Shown: positions 37,490 through 47,799, counted from the first letter of the stretch. The stretch: DNA of 64,000 nucleotides from Alphaproteobacteria bacterium MarineAlpha5_Bin9 (GCA_002937895.1 PTKV01000009.1:5333-69332); one strand, 5' to 3'. Notes: generated by a model not told the origin, from the letters alone. Numbers and translations are program-made.

Positions 37490-38416
37490 TCAATCATATA
37501 TTAATTGTAAACATTTATCAATTTCAGATCTTGTTGGCATTGATTTTGCTGTTCCTATTTTTGTAGTTGATAATCCTGCTGTAACATTAGCAAATTTAAT
37601 TGAATCTCTAATACTTAAGCCTTCTGATAAACCTACTGCTAAGCCAGCATTAAAAGCATCTCCTGCTCCAGTTGTATCAATAACTTTATCCTTTGGTTCA
37701 TAAGCATTAATCAAAAATTCTTCTTTTTTACTCTTATAATATGAACCCTTTGCACCTAAAGTTATAATTACATTCTTAATTCCTTTATCTAACAAAGATA
37801 GTGATGCTTTTTTAATATCTTCAATTGAATTTATTGCATGATTAACATAAAAACTTGCTTCAGTTTCATTTGGAGTAAAATAATCAATTAAATTCAAAAT
37901 TTTGTCATTGAGTTTTACTGCTGGAGCTGGATTTAAAATAGTTGTTACATTATTTTTTTTTGCAATTTCCAATGAATACTCAACCAATTCTATTGGTAAT
38001 TCAAGTTGAGTTAAAAAAATTGAAGAGTTTTTTATTGTAGAAATATCAATATCTTTTGTTATAATTTTTCCTGCAGCCCCAGGCACTACAGTTATTGCAT
38101 TTTCTCCTGAAAGCTTATTTATAAAAATTCCTGCAGTGCCAGTGGTAAATTTTTTTGTTTGAATTACATTAGTATAATCAACACCTACTTCTTTATAAAT
38201 TTCTATTGCCATATTTCCAAATTGATCATCACCAATTTTTGAAATAAATTTTACATTACCACCAGCTTTAGCTGCTGCAACTGCTTGATTTGATCCTTTT
38301 CCTCCTGGACCTACAACATAATCCTGTCCTAAAATTGTTTCACCTTTAACAGGAATTGAATCAGCAAAAAATGCTAAATCTGCTACATAAATACCTAATA
38401 TGCTAATTGTTTTCAT
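37490..38416 (-). CDS. rbsK: Ribokinase-family sugar kinase (ribokinase or deoxyribokinase)
   Basis: 308 aa. GGKGSNQAVAAA and DTTGAGDAFNAG motifs. Confidence 0.8.
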   Translation of the reverse strand: MKTISILGIYVADLAFFADSIPVKGETILGQDYVVGPGGKGSNQAVAAAKAGGNVKFISKIGDDQFGNMAIEIYKEVGVDYTNVIQTKKFTTGTAGIFINKLSGENAITVVPGAAGKIITKDIDISTIKNSSIFLTQLELPIELVEYSLEIAKKNNVTTILNPAPAVKLNDKILNLIDYFTPNETEASFYVNHAINSIEDIKKASLSLLDKGIKNVIITLGAKGSYYKSKKEEFLINAYEPKDKVIDTTGAGDAFNAGLAVGLSEGLSIRDSIKFANVTAGLSTTKIGTAKSMPTRSEIDKCLQLIYD

Positions 38417-38447
38417 TGTTCATTTATTAAAGTTAAAAATTTTGATT

Positions 38448-39662
38448 TCATTTTTTTTGAAAAATTACTACTCTATTTGTATTTGTGCCTTTTGAATTAT
38501 TTTTGATACCCCAGGCATTAGATGTTTTGGTAAAATTTTGCTTATTGATTAAAACACATATCGATTTAAAAGATGTATTTTTTGCAGCATTTATAACATA
38601 TCTCTCTAACTCTTTTTTATCTTTTCCAATTTCCCCAACCTCAAAAGCTAAGTACCCTTTAGATTTTGTAATGCGCTCCAACTCTACAATAGTTTTATTT
38701 ATAAAATTTTCCCATTGATCAATTCTTTTAATTTGTGAAATTTTCAATTTTGATATGTTTAAATCTAAAAACCAGCATCTAAGCCAATTATCTTTTTGAT
38801 AATCAACAATATCTAAAAAAGGTGGTGAGGTTACAGTTAACGCAATTGAGTTATTAGCAATTTTCTTAGTTTCCCAACTATTATAATTATAAATTTTTAT
38901 AATTTTTGGTTTTTTAATTGACCCACTTCTTAATAAACTTTTAGTTTTTTCAATAATAAGCTTTTTAGTATTTCTGTATTCTGGCTTTTGATTTCTTTTT
39001 TTATTAATTTTTTTTTGACTTTCAACAGAAACTGCTTGATTTGGTGGTAAAGTATAAATCGAAAAAAAACCTTTGGAATGTCCGGTCAATCTATTGAGGG
39101 CGATCATTCTGATCCAATTATCAATGTTATCAAACTTTTTATTTCGTAGCTTATTCTTAAAATAATTTTTCATCTTTTCTATTTCTATTAATGTTTTTGA
39201 ATGATAAAAAGTTAATAAATCTTTATTTTTAATTTTAAGTTTATAATTAAAATGAATCAATTCTAATCTTTTTTGAATTTCTAACAATGATGGAGGATTT
39301 AATCGAGGAAGAACTAATGCTTTAGATAAAGGATTGATATCATTGCCAATGCAATTTCTATCATTAATAGCTGCTTCTATTAAAGTTGTTCCTCTTCCCA
39401 TAAATGGATCATAAATCATATCTCTTTCATTAGTTAACCTTGTAATAAAAAAATTAGGCAATTGTGCTTTAAAACAAGCGCGATAACTTATTTCATGAAT
39501 GCTATGTGATGCGCGTTGCTTGGATGTCCAAAACTCATTAGTGTATCTATTTACACCTTCTATTTTATCTATTTGCGTCTTTTTTCCAAAATTCTTCCAA
39601 TCTTTTATGTTTTTTATGAATTCTTTAGAGTTTTTGCAATAAGGATTAAATAAATTATTCAC
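38448..39662 (-). CDS. SAM-dependent exocyclic-amino methyltransferase (N6A/N4C DNA methylase-like; an RNA m2G-type enzyme is not excluded)
   Basis: 404 aa. Motif I DPFMGRGTTLIEAA at about residue 85 and motif IV SPPF at residues 279-282. The GTG start is embedded in the last codons of the ALDH gene (8-nt overlap). No adjacent endonuclease. Confidence 0.7.
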   Translation of the reverse strand: MNNLFNPYCKNSKEFIKNIKDWKNFGKKTQIDKIEGVNRYTNEFWTSKQRASHSIHEISYRACFKAQLPNFFITRLTNERDMIYDPFMGRGTTLIEAAINDRNCIGNDINPLSKALVLPRLNPPSLLEIQKRLELIHFNYKLKIKNKDLLTFYHSKTLIEIEKMKNYFKNKLRNKKFDNIDNWIRMIALNRLTGHSKGFFSIYTLPPNQAVSVESQKKINKKRNQKPEYRNTKKLIIEKTKSLLRSGSIKKPKIIKIYNYNSWETKKIANNSIALTVTSPPFLDIVDYQKDNWLRCWFLDLNISKLKISQIKRIDQWENFINKTIVELERITKSKGYLAFEVGEIGKDKKELERYVINAAKNTSFKSICVLINKQNFTKTSNAWGIKNNSKGTNTNRVVIFQKK

Positions 39663-42018
39663 CGTAAGGTATCCATATATTTTTTACTTGGGTACTTTGA
39701 TATAAAAATTCTTCTAAAAAATTCTTTGAGTCATTACTCCAATCTATATTTTTTTCTTTAGGGCACCAAAAGCGCTTTAAATTAGATGTAGAACTTTTTA
39801 TGATTTCTGTTTGATCTTTAAATGAATTTCTAAAGTACCATATACCATCTATGTTTTCATGTTTAGATAATGGAGAAATTAATTCATGTTCTTTTGATGT
39901 CAAAATATTAATATATCCATCTGGAATATCTGAAGTATCAAGAACTTGATATAATTCTGTAGAAATTAAACTTGTTTTTTCACCTGGAATAATAATTTGT
40001 GTATTACCAGTAGAAAACACAGAAGCCATTGTAGTTACTAAACTTAAAAGAGGTTCATCATCGGATAGTATAATTGATAAAACTCCTAAATGTTCTTTTA
40101 ATCCTAGAGTTAAACCTCTCAAAGGAGGATTATGAACAACACCTTCAAATTTATCTGCATAAGCAGCGTAAAAGAATAATCTTTCACAAGATTTCAAAAA
40201 TTGTTTTTTAGCATCTTTTTCAGATACTCCTGTTAAAGTTACTAAAAGATCTTCAAAATTATTTTTTCTTTTTTCAAGATTTTCTGCAAAATAATATAGG
40301 ATTTGGGAACGATTAAAATTAGTCATTGATTTATCTAAAGCTTTTGATGCGATTTCAACACTATCTCTCACATCTTTGCGGTTTGCTTTTGCAACATCAC
40401 AAATAAATTCTTTTTTATGATAACTATATATTGGAAAAGAATATCCTCCATCTGGTCTTTTTTGTTTTCCTCCTATATACAATTTTGGAGTTCTATCTAT
40501 CACGTGAGGAATTTTTTTAATATTTTTTGATGTTTTGATTTTATTAGATCTAACTGGAAGAGAATTTAAAGTATAAGATCTAATGCCCTCAGATCCTCCT
40601 TCTCTGCCAAAACCACTTTCTTTGTAGCCTCCAAAACCACATGAAGCATCAAATAAATTTGTAGAATTAATCCATATTACTCCTGCTTTTATTTTTGGAG
40701 CTATGTCCATGGCTAAATTTATATTTTCAGTCCAAATACTTGCCGCTAATCCATATGGAGTATTATTAGCTAATGATACTAATTCAGAAGGTGTTCTAAA
40801 TGTCATTGATGTTAGAACTGGTCCAAAAATTTCAATTTGTGCTATTTTAGAAGCTGGAGTAACATTTGTAAAAAGTGTTGGGGGATAAAATAATCCATTT
40901 TTTGGACAAGACCAAGATGGTTGCCATAATTCAGCTCCTTCTTTTTTCCCTTCCTTTACCAATCTATCAATTCTTTTTAATTGAACAGGCGCAACAATAG
41001 CACCAATATCAATTGATTTATCTAAAGGATTTCCAACACGAAGTTTTTGCATTCTTTTTTTAAGTTTTTTAATAAATTTATTTTCAATACTTTCTTGAAC
41101 TAATAATCGAGATCCTGCACAACAAACCTGACCTTGATTAAACCATATTGCATCTACAACTCCCTCTACAGCACTATCTAAATCTGCATCTTCAAATACA
41201 ATAAATGGGCTCTTTCCTCCTAATTCCATAGTCAATTTTTTATTTTCTTTAGCTGTAGAAGAAATAATTTTTTTTCCTACTTCAGTAGATCCAGTAAAAG
41301 CTATTTTATTTATTATCTTATTATTTACTATATGTTGTCCAGTAGAAGCATCTCCTGTGATAATATTAACCACACCTTTAGGCAGCTTGGCTTTCTGACA
41401 AAGCTCAGCAAAATATAAAGCTGTCAATGAAGTGTATTCCGCTGGCTTTAAAACAACAGTATTTCCACAAGCTATAGCAGGAGCAATTTTCCATGATAAC
41501 ATTAGTAGTGGAAAATTCCATGGAATAATTTGACCGACTACCCCTATTGAATTAAATTTATTAATATCAAAATTCTTTGCCCAACCTGCATGGTAATAAA
41601 AATGTCTGGCGACAAGGGGAATATCTATGTCTCTTGTTTCTCTTATTGGCTTACCATTATCAATAGTTTCAAGCACTGCTAGAAATCTTGAATGTTTTTG
41701 AATAAGGCGAGCTAAAGAATATAAATATTTGGATCTTTCAAAAGATGACAATTTTTTCCAAAATTGATGAGCTTTTTTAGCAGATTTTACTGCTTTATTT
41801 ACATCACTTTCATTACTTATATTTAAACTAAAAAGTTTTTTATTTGTAGCTGGATTTATAGAAGTTAATATTTTTTTAGAAGTAGGTTTTTGCCATTGAC
41901 CATCTATAAAATTATTATTTGGTTTAGGTAGTTTATTAATCCAATCATAAACATCTTGAGAATCTTCTGGCGCTATACCATATTCAAGATTTTTAAAATT
42001 TTTTATTATATTATTCAT
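39655..42018 (-). CDS. Aldehyde dehydrogenase with an extra C-terminal degenerate ALDH-like domain
   Basis: 787 aa. Residues 1 to about 485 form a complete ALDH (ELGGKSP, catalytic [31 protein letters not shown]). The C-terminal ~300 aa restart with an ALDH-like N-terminus (KLYIGGKQ...) but have no catalytic Cys/Glu motifs. Confidence 0.85.
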   Translation of the reverse strand: MNNIIKNFKNLEYGIAPEDSQDVYDWINKLPKPNNNFIDGQWQKPTSKKILTSINPATNKKLFSLNISNESDVNKAVKSAKKAHQFWKKLSSFERSKYLYSLARLIQKHSRFLAVLETIDNGKPIRETRDIDIPLVARHFYYHAGWAKNFDINKFNSIGVVGQIIPWNFPLLMLSWKIAPAIACGNTVVLKPAEYTSLTALYFAELCQKAKLPKGVVNIITGDASTGQHIVNNKIINKIAFTGSTEVGKKIISSTAKENKKLTMELGGKSPFIVFEDADLDSAVEGVVDAIWFNQGQVCCAGSRLLVQESIENKFIKKLKKRMQKLRVGNPLDKSIDIGAIVAPVQLKRIDRLVKEGKKEGAELWQPSWSCPKNGLFYPPTLFTNVTPASKIAQIEIFGPVLTSMTFRTPSELVSLANNTPYGLAASIWTENINLAMDIAPKIKAGVIWINSTNLFDASCGFGGYKESGFGREGGSEGIRSYTLNSLPVRSNKIKTSKNIKKIPHVIDRTPKLYIGGKQKRPDGGYSFPIYSYHKKEFICDVAKANRKDVRDSVEIASKALDKSMTNFNRSQILYYFAENLEKRKNNFEDLLVTLTGVSEKDAKKQFLKSCERLFFYAAYADKFEGVVHNPPLRGLTLGLKEHLGVLSIILSDDEPLLSLVTTMASVFSTGNTQIIIPGEKTSLISTELYQVLDTSDIPDGYINILTSKEHELISPLSKHENIDGIWYFRNSFKDQTEIIKSSTSNLKRFWCPKEKNIDWSNDSKNFLEEFLYQSTQVKNIWIPYGE

Positions 42019-42969
42019 TTAAGCTATAGCCATTTTATCATTAGTTGCATATCTTCCGAAAACATAATGATATAATTGTCTTTCAATGTCCATTAACAAG
42101 CTTGAAGCACCTATTCTAAAAAGTTCAGGTTTTAACCAATCTGATCCTAATTCTTCATTTATTAAAATCAAATAACTTAATACATCTTTTGATGTAGAAA
42201 TTCCTCCGGCAGGTTTAAAGCCTACTTTTTTCCCTGTATACTCATAAAATTCTCTAATCATTCTAAGCATAACTAAACTATTATTTAAATTGGCATTAGT
42301 TTTTTCTTTCCCTGTAGAAGTTTTGATAAAATCTGCTCCTGCCATCATAGCTACTAGCGATGCTTTAGCAACATTTCTTAAAGTTCCAATATCCCCTACT
42401 CCTAAAATTGCCTTAATTTTTTTTCCTTTAGAACATTCTTTAAATGATTTTACTTCATCATATAATTTTTTCCATTCATTGCGAATTACAAATGATCTGT
42501 TAATTACAATATCTATCTCATCAGCTCCTTTATTAATTGAGTTAACAATTTCTTTTTTCCTAGTTTGGTAAGATGAAAGTCCTGCTGGAAATCCTGTAGA
42601 AACTGCAGCAACTGGAATTTTTCCACTTAATAGTTCCTTTGCGTGGGAAACTAAGTCGTGGTAAACGCAAACAGCTCCAACTTTTACACTTTTATAAGGG
42701 ATATTTAATTTACTTATTACTATTTCAGAGACTGGGTTTAGAGCTTTATGACATAATTTTTCCACTTTTCCAAAAGTATCATCTCCACTTAAGGTTGTTA
42801 AGTCCAAAAGATTTATTGCTTTTAATAACCAGGCTACTTGATACTCTTTTTTTACTGTTCTTCTTTTAGTTAAACTAGAAGTCCTTCTCTCTACAGCACT
42901 TAAATTAACTTTTACATTATTAATCCAATCTTCATTTAATTGAAAATTTTTTTGTTTGATCTTTAGCAT
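42019..42969 (-). CDS. deoC: Deoxyribose-phosphate aldolase, long (animal DERA-like) form
   Basis: 316 aa. It aligns end to end with my recollection of human DERA (RRTVKKE, AWLLKA, DLTTLSGDDT, EIDIVINR, DFIKTSTGKE, GFKPAGGI, WLKPELFRIGAS). Confidence 0.85.
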   Translation of the reverse strand: MLKIKQKNFQLNEDWINNVKVNLSAVERRTSSLTKRRTVKKEYQVAWLLKAINLLDLTTLSGDDTFGKVEKLCHKALNPVSEIVISKLNIPYKSVKVGAVCVYHDLVSHAKELLSGKIPVAAVSTGFPAGLSSYQTRKKEIVNSINKGADEIDIVINRSFVIRNEWKKLYDEVKSFKECSKGKKIKAILGVGDIGTLRNVAKASLVAMMAGADFIKTSTGKEKTNANLNNSLVMLRMIREFYEYTGKKVGFKPAGGISTSKDVLSYLILINEELGSDWLKPELFRIGASSLLMDIERQLYHYVFGRYATNDKMAIA

Positions 42970-43962
42970 TTAATTATCAAACTCATATGTAGTTGGTCTA
43001 TTAAGAAGATTGTTGATTTCGTCGTTAATAATACATTTTTTAAATAAGATATTATAAATAGCTTCAGCAATTGGCATTTTAATTTTATTATCATTTAATA
43101 TTTCAAAAACTGCTTGCACAGTATAATAACCCTCTGTTGTTTCCTGAGTTTTGATGTGCTCTGAAATATTTATTTTTTGTTGACTTGCTATTAATTGACC
43201 AAAAGAAGTATTTCTTGATTTTAATGAATTACAGGTTAATATTAAATCTCCTAATCCAGATAATCCAAACAAAGTTTGTGGATCAGCTTTCATAAATTTA
43301 GCAAATCTAGACATTTCAGAAAAAGATCTAGTAATTAATGAACTTCTAGCATTATCCCCTAAATTTAACCCCATTGATATTCCAGATGCAATAGCATAAA
43401 TATTTTTTAAAGCTCCACCTAATTGACATCCAATAATATCATCAGAATAATATAGTCTAATGTTTTTATTTGTGAATAAAGAATTTAATTCATCAAAAGT
43501 TTCTTTTTTATGCGCTGCTAAAGTTGCAGCAGTAGGCATATTCTGAGCTAACTCACTAGAAAAACAAGGTCCAGATAAAACACTAATATTTTCTGTATTT
43601 AATACTTCCTTAACTATATCATAAGGAAATTTTTTTGTATTAATTTCTATTCCTTTAGATCCTATAATAAAATTTTGTTTAAGATTATCTTTTTTATAAA
43701 TTTTCATAACTTGTCTAATCTCTTTTGTTGGAATGGCTATAAAAACATATTCACAGTCATACAAGTTACTTATAATATTTGTACCTTTTACATTTTTATT
43801 AAATGTAACATACTTTAGTTTTGGATTTAATTTATAATTATTGATTGAAGAAACTATATTTTCATCTCTTGCATAAATTAAAACTTCATTTTCACTTAAA
43901 GTTTTAGCTAGAGCACTTCCCCATACTCCTCCTCCAATAATACCTATCAATTTTTTGCTCAT
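42970..43962 (-). CDS. gpsA: NAD(P)H-dependent glycerol-3-phosphate dehydrogenase
   Basis: 330 aa. N-terminal GGGVWGSALA Rossmann motif and GALKN motif. Confidence 0.9.
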   Translation of the reverse strand: MSKKLIGIIGGGVWGSALAKTLSENEVLIYARDENIVSSINNYKLNPKLKYVTFNKNVKGTNIISNLYDCEYVFIAIPTKEIRQVMKIYKKDNLKQNFIIGSKGIEINTKKFPYDIVKEVLNTENISVLSGPCFSSELAQNMPTAATLAAHKKETFDELNSLFTNKNIRLYYSDDIIGCQLGGALKNIYAIASGISMGLNLGDNARSSLITRSFSEMSRFAKFMKADPQTLFGLSGLGDLILTCNSLKSRNTSFGQLIASQQKINISEHIKTQETTEGYYTVQAVFEILNDNKIKMPIAEAIYNILFKKCIINDEINNLLNRPTTYEFDN

Positions 43963-44174
43963 CTTATTTTTAAAATTCTAAAGGCTCTATATCATATAAT
44001 TTGTTTATTTATTTAAGGTTAGTATAATAAAAATTCATTTAATTTTATGTATAATTAGCTGAAATAGTTGATTTTTTTATTAATTTCTTAAAAAATAATA
44101 GGAATATAAATCAGAGTATTGTTTTATTATATATATTAATATAATTGAAACTTAAATTTCTTGGAGGAAAAAAT

Positions 44175-45353
44175 ATGAAAAAATTATTTATTTCTGCTCT
44201 TGTAGGTATGTCTTTTTTTTCTACAGCCGCACTAGCAGAAGTTAAGGTAGGGATTATTTTAGGTTTTACGGGACCTATTGAAACTCTTACTCCAGCTATG
44301 AGAGACTCAGCTAAACTAGCTTTTGCTGAAGCGTCTAACTCAGGTGCATTACTTGGTGGTGAAACTATTACACCTTTAATTGGTGATTCAACTTGTGTTG
44401 ACTCTGATGCTGCCGTTGCAGCTGCTGAGCTTATAGTTAATGATGGCGCTGTAGCTATTATGGGTGCTGACTGTTCAGGTGTTACTGGAGCAATAACTAC
44501 AAATGTAGCTGTTCCAAATGGTATCCCAATGATTTCACCTTCAGCAACTTCACCTGGATTAACAACTATTGCAGATGATGGGCTGTTTTTCCGAACAGCA
44601 CCTTCTGATGCTAAAGGTGGTCAAATTCTTGCACAAGTTGCTCTTGATAGAGGTCTTGCTAGTGTTGCGATAACTTATACAAACAATGACTATGGAAAAG
44701 GTCTAGCTGATGTTTTTGAAAAATCATTTACATCTGGTGGAGGAACAGTAACTGCTGTTGCATCACATGAAGATGGAAAGGCTGATTATTCTTCTGAAGT
44801 TGGTGTTCTTGGTTCAGCTGGTGGAGATGCCTTAGTTGTCATCGGTTACTTAGATCAAGGTGGTAAAGGAATGATTGAAGCTGCTCTTGACTCAGGATCT
44901 TTTGATCTTTTTGTAATGTCTGATGGTATGATAGGTCAATCAATTGTAGATGCAATTGGATCTGATCTAAATGGTTCATTTGGTACTTTACCAGGAACTG
45001 TTTCTGATGGAGCTAAAAAATTTGCATCAATTGCTGGTGATATAGATCCGTCTGCTCCTTATGCAGGTGAATCTTATGATGCTGCTGCCTTAATAGCACT
45101 TGCTATGCAAGCAGGTGGTTCAGCTGATAAACTTTCAATTGTTTCAAATATTAAAAAGGTTGCCAATGCTCCTGGTACTAAAATATTCCCAGGTGAACTA
45201 GCTAAAGGTTTAGAAGTTTTAGCTAACGGAGGTGACGTTGATTACCAAGGAGCTACAGATGTTGAACTTAGCACTTTTGGTGATGCTGCAGGTTCTTTTA
45301 AAGAAATGGAAGTAACAGGCGGTAAATTTGATTTAGTTAAAGTTCGTCAATAA
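44175..45353 (+). CDS. Branched-chain/general amino-acid ABC transporter substrate-binding protein (LivJ/LivK-like, type I PBP)
   Basis: Signal peptide MKKLFISALVGMSFFSTAALA. Ala/Gly-rich and GC-elevated. The start is placed at the ATG preceded by GGAGG rather than the upstream TTG at 44145. Confidence 0.85.
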   Translation: MKKLFISALVGMSFFSTAALAEVKVGIILGFTGPIETLTPAMRDSAKLAFAEASNSGALLGGETITPLIGDSTCVDSDAAVAAAELIVNDGAVAIMGADCSGVTGAITTNVAVPNGIPMISPSATSPGLTTIADDGLFFRTAPSDAKGGQILAQVALDRGLASVAITYTNNDYGKGLADVFEKSFTSGGGTVTAVASHEDGKADYSSEVGVLGSAGGDALVVIGYLDQGGKGMIEAALDSGSFDLFVMSDGMIGQSIVDAIGSDLNGSFGTLPGTVSDGAKKFASIAGDIDPSAPYAGESYDAAALIALAMQAGGSADKLSIVSNIKKVANAPGTKIFPGELAKGLEVLANGGDVDYQGATDVELSTFGDAAGSFKEMEVTGGKFDLVKVRQ

Positions 45354-45371
45354 AAAAATAAATTTTTATAT

Positions 45372-45402
45372 AAACTCCAGCTTATTAGCTGGAGTTTTTT
45401 TT
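45372..45402. terminator. Bidirectional intrinsic terminator between convergent livJ-like and livM genes
   Basis: AAACTCCAGCT-TATT-AGCTGGAGTTT: 8 GC-containing bp plus 3 A-T bp, then a T8 run on the plus strand. The livM stop codon lies inside the T-run. Confidence 0.7.
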
Positions 45403-46774
45403 ATGAATGCCTCACTTTTTCAGGTAAAACACCTTTAGGACGATATCTCAGAACTAGTAAGAGAACCACTCCCATAATTAAAAATCGAAAATAAGGAACA
45501 CTATCAACTAAATGAAGTTTGAAACTATTATTTTCATCTAAACCAGAAGTAAATATTTCTATTAAATATAGAGATACAGGAGCTGCCTCAATCCAAGTAA
45601 ACCAAACTATAAAACCCCCAAGTATAGAACCTAGATTGTTGCCACTTCCACCAACTATAACCATAACCCAAATGAGAAAAGTATATCTCAATGGAAGATA
45701 GCTTGAAGGGGTAAATAAACCATTTTGAGTAACCATCATTGCTCCTGCTATTCCTACAACAGCTGAACCAATTACAAAAACTTGGAGATGTCTTTTAACA
45801 ACATTTTTTCCCATAGCATTTGCAGAAATTTCATTATCTCTTATTGCTCTCATCATCCTACCCCAAGGAGAAAATTGAGCTTTGTTGGCCAAATACAAAA
45901 TAAATAATAAAACAATAGTAAACAATATCAGATAAGATATTTTTACAAATATAGTAGAACCTTCAATAACTAGTTGATCCAAAACTTTTTGTCTTTCTAA
46001 TACTTCGCTAATTTTTGATAGCTTTGCGGAGTGTAAATATGAAATAAAAGATATAAACCATTCACTTGCTTGAAGATCTATTTCATATGGAACCGGTCTT
46101 TTTAATCCAATAACATTTTTTACACCTCTTGAAAGCCAATCTTCATGTTTTAAAACAGCTATTATAACTTCAGATATACCTAAAGTGGCTATAGCAAGAT
46201 AATCAGAACGTAATCCTAGAGCTATTTTACCTATTATAAAAGCAACTCCAGCTGCAAATAATCCTCCAACAATCCAAGAAAATAATATGGGAAGTCCTAA
46301 GCCACCTAAAAAACCAGATATTGCGGGATTTACATCTTCAATAGCTAAGACTGAAGGACGATAAAAATAATTAATTAATACTAAACCTACAATTATTGCT
46401 AAGGATATTATCAAATATTTGTATTTATTATTTTTATAAATACGATTAAGAAAAAAAACTATAACAACTGTTAAAATTAATAAAAATAAACTTATTATCA
46501 TCCCAAAGCCACCAACTCTCCATGCTTCATGAACAGGAGAATAAGAAACTAAAACAGTTGCGAGGCCGCCTAAACCAGTAAAACCCATTATTCCAACATT
46601 AAATATTCCAGCATATCCCCATTGAATATTTATTCCCATAGACATAATCGCAGAGATAATACACATATTTAATATTGTAATACTCATCGACCATGATTGA
46701 ATAAATCCAACTAATAAGAATAGAGTAATCATTATAAATAAAGATAACAGTTCACTAATATTTTTATTTATCAT
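45401..46774 (-). CDS. livM: Branched-chain amino acid ABC transporter permease
   Basis: 457-aa polytopic protein of the LivM type, directly downstream of livH with a 4-nt overlap. Confidence 0.85.
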   Translation of the reverse strand: MINKNISELLSLFIMITLFLLVGFIQSWSMSITILNMCIISAIMSMGINIQWGYAGIFNVGIMGFTGLGGLATVLVSYSPVHEAWRVGGFGMIISLFLLILTVVIVFFLNRIYKNNKYKYLIISLAIIVGLVLINYFYRPSVLAIEDVNPAISGFLGGLGLPILFSWIVGGLFAAGVAFIIGKIALGLRSDYLAIATLGISEVIIAVLKHEDWLSRGVKNVIGLKRPVPYEIDLQASEWFISFISYLHSAKLSKISEVLERQKVLDQLVIEGSTIFVKISYLILFTIVLLFILYLANKAQFSPWGRMMRAIRDNEISANAMGKNVVKRHLQVFVIGSAVVGIAGAMMVTQNGLFTPSSYLPLRYTFLIWVMVIVGGSGNNLGSILGGFIVWFTWIEAAPVSLYLIEIFTSGLDENNSFKLHLVDSVPYFRFLIMGVVLLLVLRYRPKGVLPEKVRHS

Positions 46775-47799
46775 AATGTTCTACCTTTAAATATTCCTGA
46801 AGGACGGACCAAAAGAACAATTACTAAAATAGAATATGAAACAGCAAATTTATAATCTGTTGAAAGTAATTGAACTAATCCAGAAGGTTCTAAACTAGAG
46901 GGCAGAAGATAAATAAAAAATTTCTTATATGCATAAGTAATCATAATTTCTGAAAATGCAATTACATAACCTCCTACTACTGCCCCAACTGGACTTCCAA
47001 TTCCTCCTACAATCGCAGATGCAAATATAGGTAAAACTAAATTAAGATAAGTAAAAGGTTTAAAACTTTTATCTAATCCATATAAAGTGCCTGCAACAGA
47101 TGCTAGAGTCCCTACAACAATCCAAGTTATAAAAACAACTCTATCTGGATTAATGCCTGATAATAAAGCAAGATCTTCGTTATCTGAAAATGCCCTCATA
47201 GACTTTCCTGTCCTGGTTTTTTGCAAAAACCAAAACAATAATGAAACTAAAATTACTGTTACTAGTATTGTTATCACCTGTGTAGATTTAAGAGCTAATC
47301 CTTCATTTAAACCTGTAATTTCTTTGAATTTTTTAGCTTTAATAATAAATTTTTGACCATCAAAAAATTTTCTATCAGCAGGACCAATGACAACTCTTAC
47401 AATAGCTTGTATTATAAACATAACTCCTAGAGAAACCATTGCTAAAGTTACAGGAGAACTTTTTTTTATTCTGTAATATCTAAATACAAATCTGTCTGTT
47501 ATTAGACAAAAAAATACACAAATTATAATCGAAAAAGGTAAGGCTAATAATGCTGTAGGTAAAATACCAAAATTAATACCATAAGATTGAAAAAGCCAAG
47601 TAAATAGTATTGCAAACATTGCACCAAATGACATTAAATCTCCATGAGCATAATTTGCAAAACGCAAAATTGCATATATAAAAGAAACTCCAAGGGCTCC
47701 AAGTGCTAACTGTGAACCATAAGAAAAAGCAGGAACAACTATAAAGTTTAATAATAAAATAATTGCATTTAAGAAATCAGTCATAACATTAGCCCCCAA
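46771..47799 (-). CDS. livH: Branched-chain amino acid ABC transporter permease
   Basis: 342-aa polytopic protein of the LivH type. Confidence 0.85.
   Translation of the reverse strand: MGANVMTDFLNAIILLLNFIVVPAFSYGSQLALGALGVSFIYAILRFANYAHGDLMSFGAMFAILFTWLFQSYGINFGILPTALLALPFSIIICVFFCLITDRFVFRYYRIKKSSPVTLAMVSLGVMFIIQAIVRVVIGPADRKFFDGQKFIIKAKKFKEITGLNEGLALKSTQVITILVTVILVSLLFWFLQKTRTGKSMRAFSDNEDLALLSGINPDRVVFITWIVVGTLASVAGTLYGLDKSFKPFTYLNLVLPIFASAIVGGIGSPVGAVVGGYVIAFSEIMITYAYKKFFIYLLPSSLEPSGLVQLLSTDYKFAVSYSILVIVLLVRPSGIFKGRTL

Noticed and set aside
43963-44174. Long (212-nt) region upstream of the livJ-like gene, considered as a possible riboswitch or leader. It contains a TTGTTT-16 nt-TATAAT promoter-like element at 44001-44028.
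   Set aside because: I could not recognise any known riboswitch core (glycine, SAM, TPP and others) or a convincing stem architecture. Promoter-like hexamers are abundant in DNA this AT-rich. This needs covariation analysis rather than inspection by eye.
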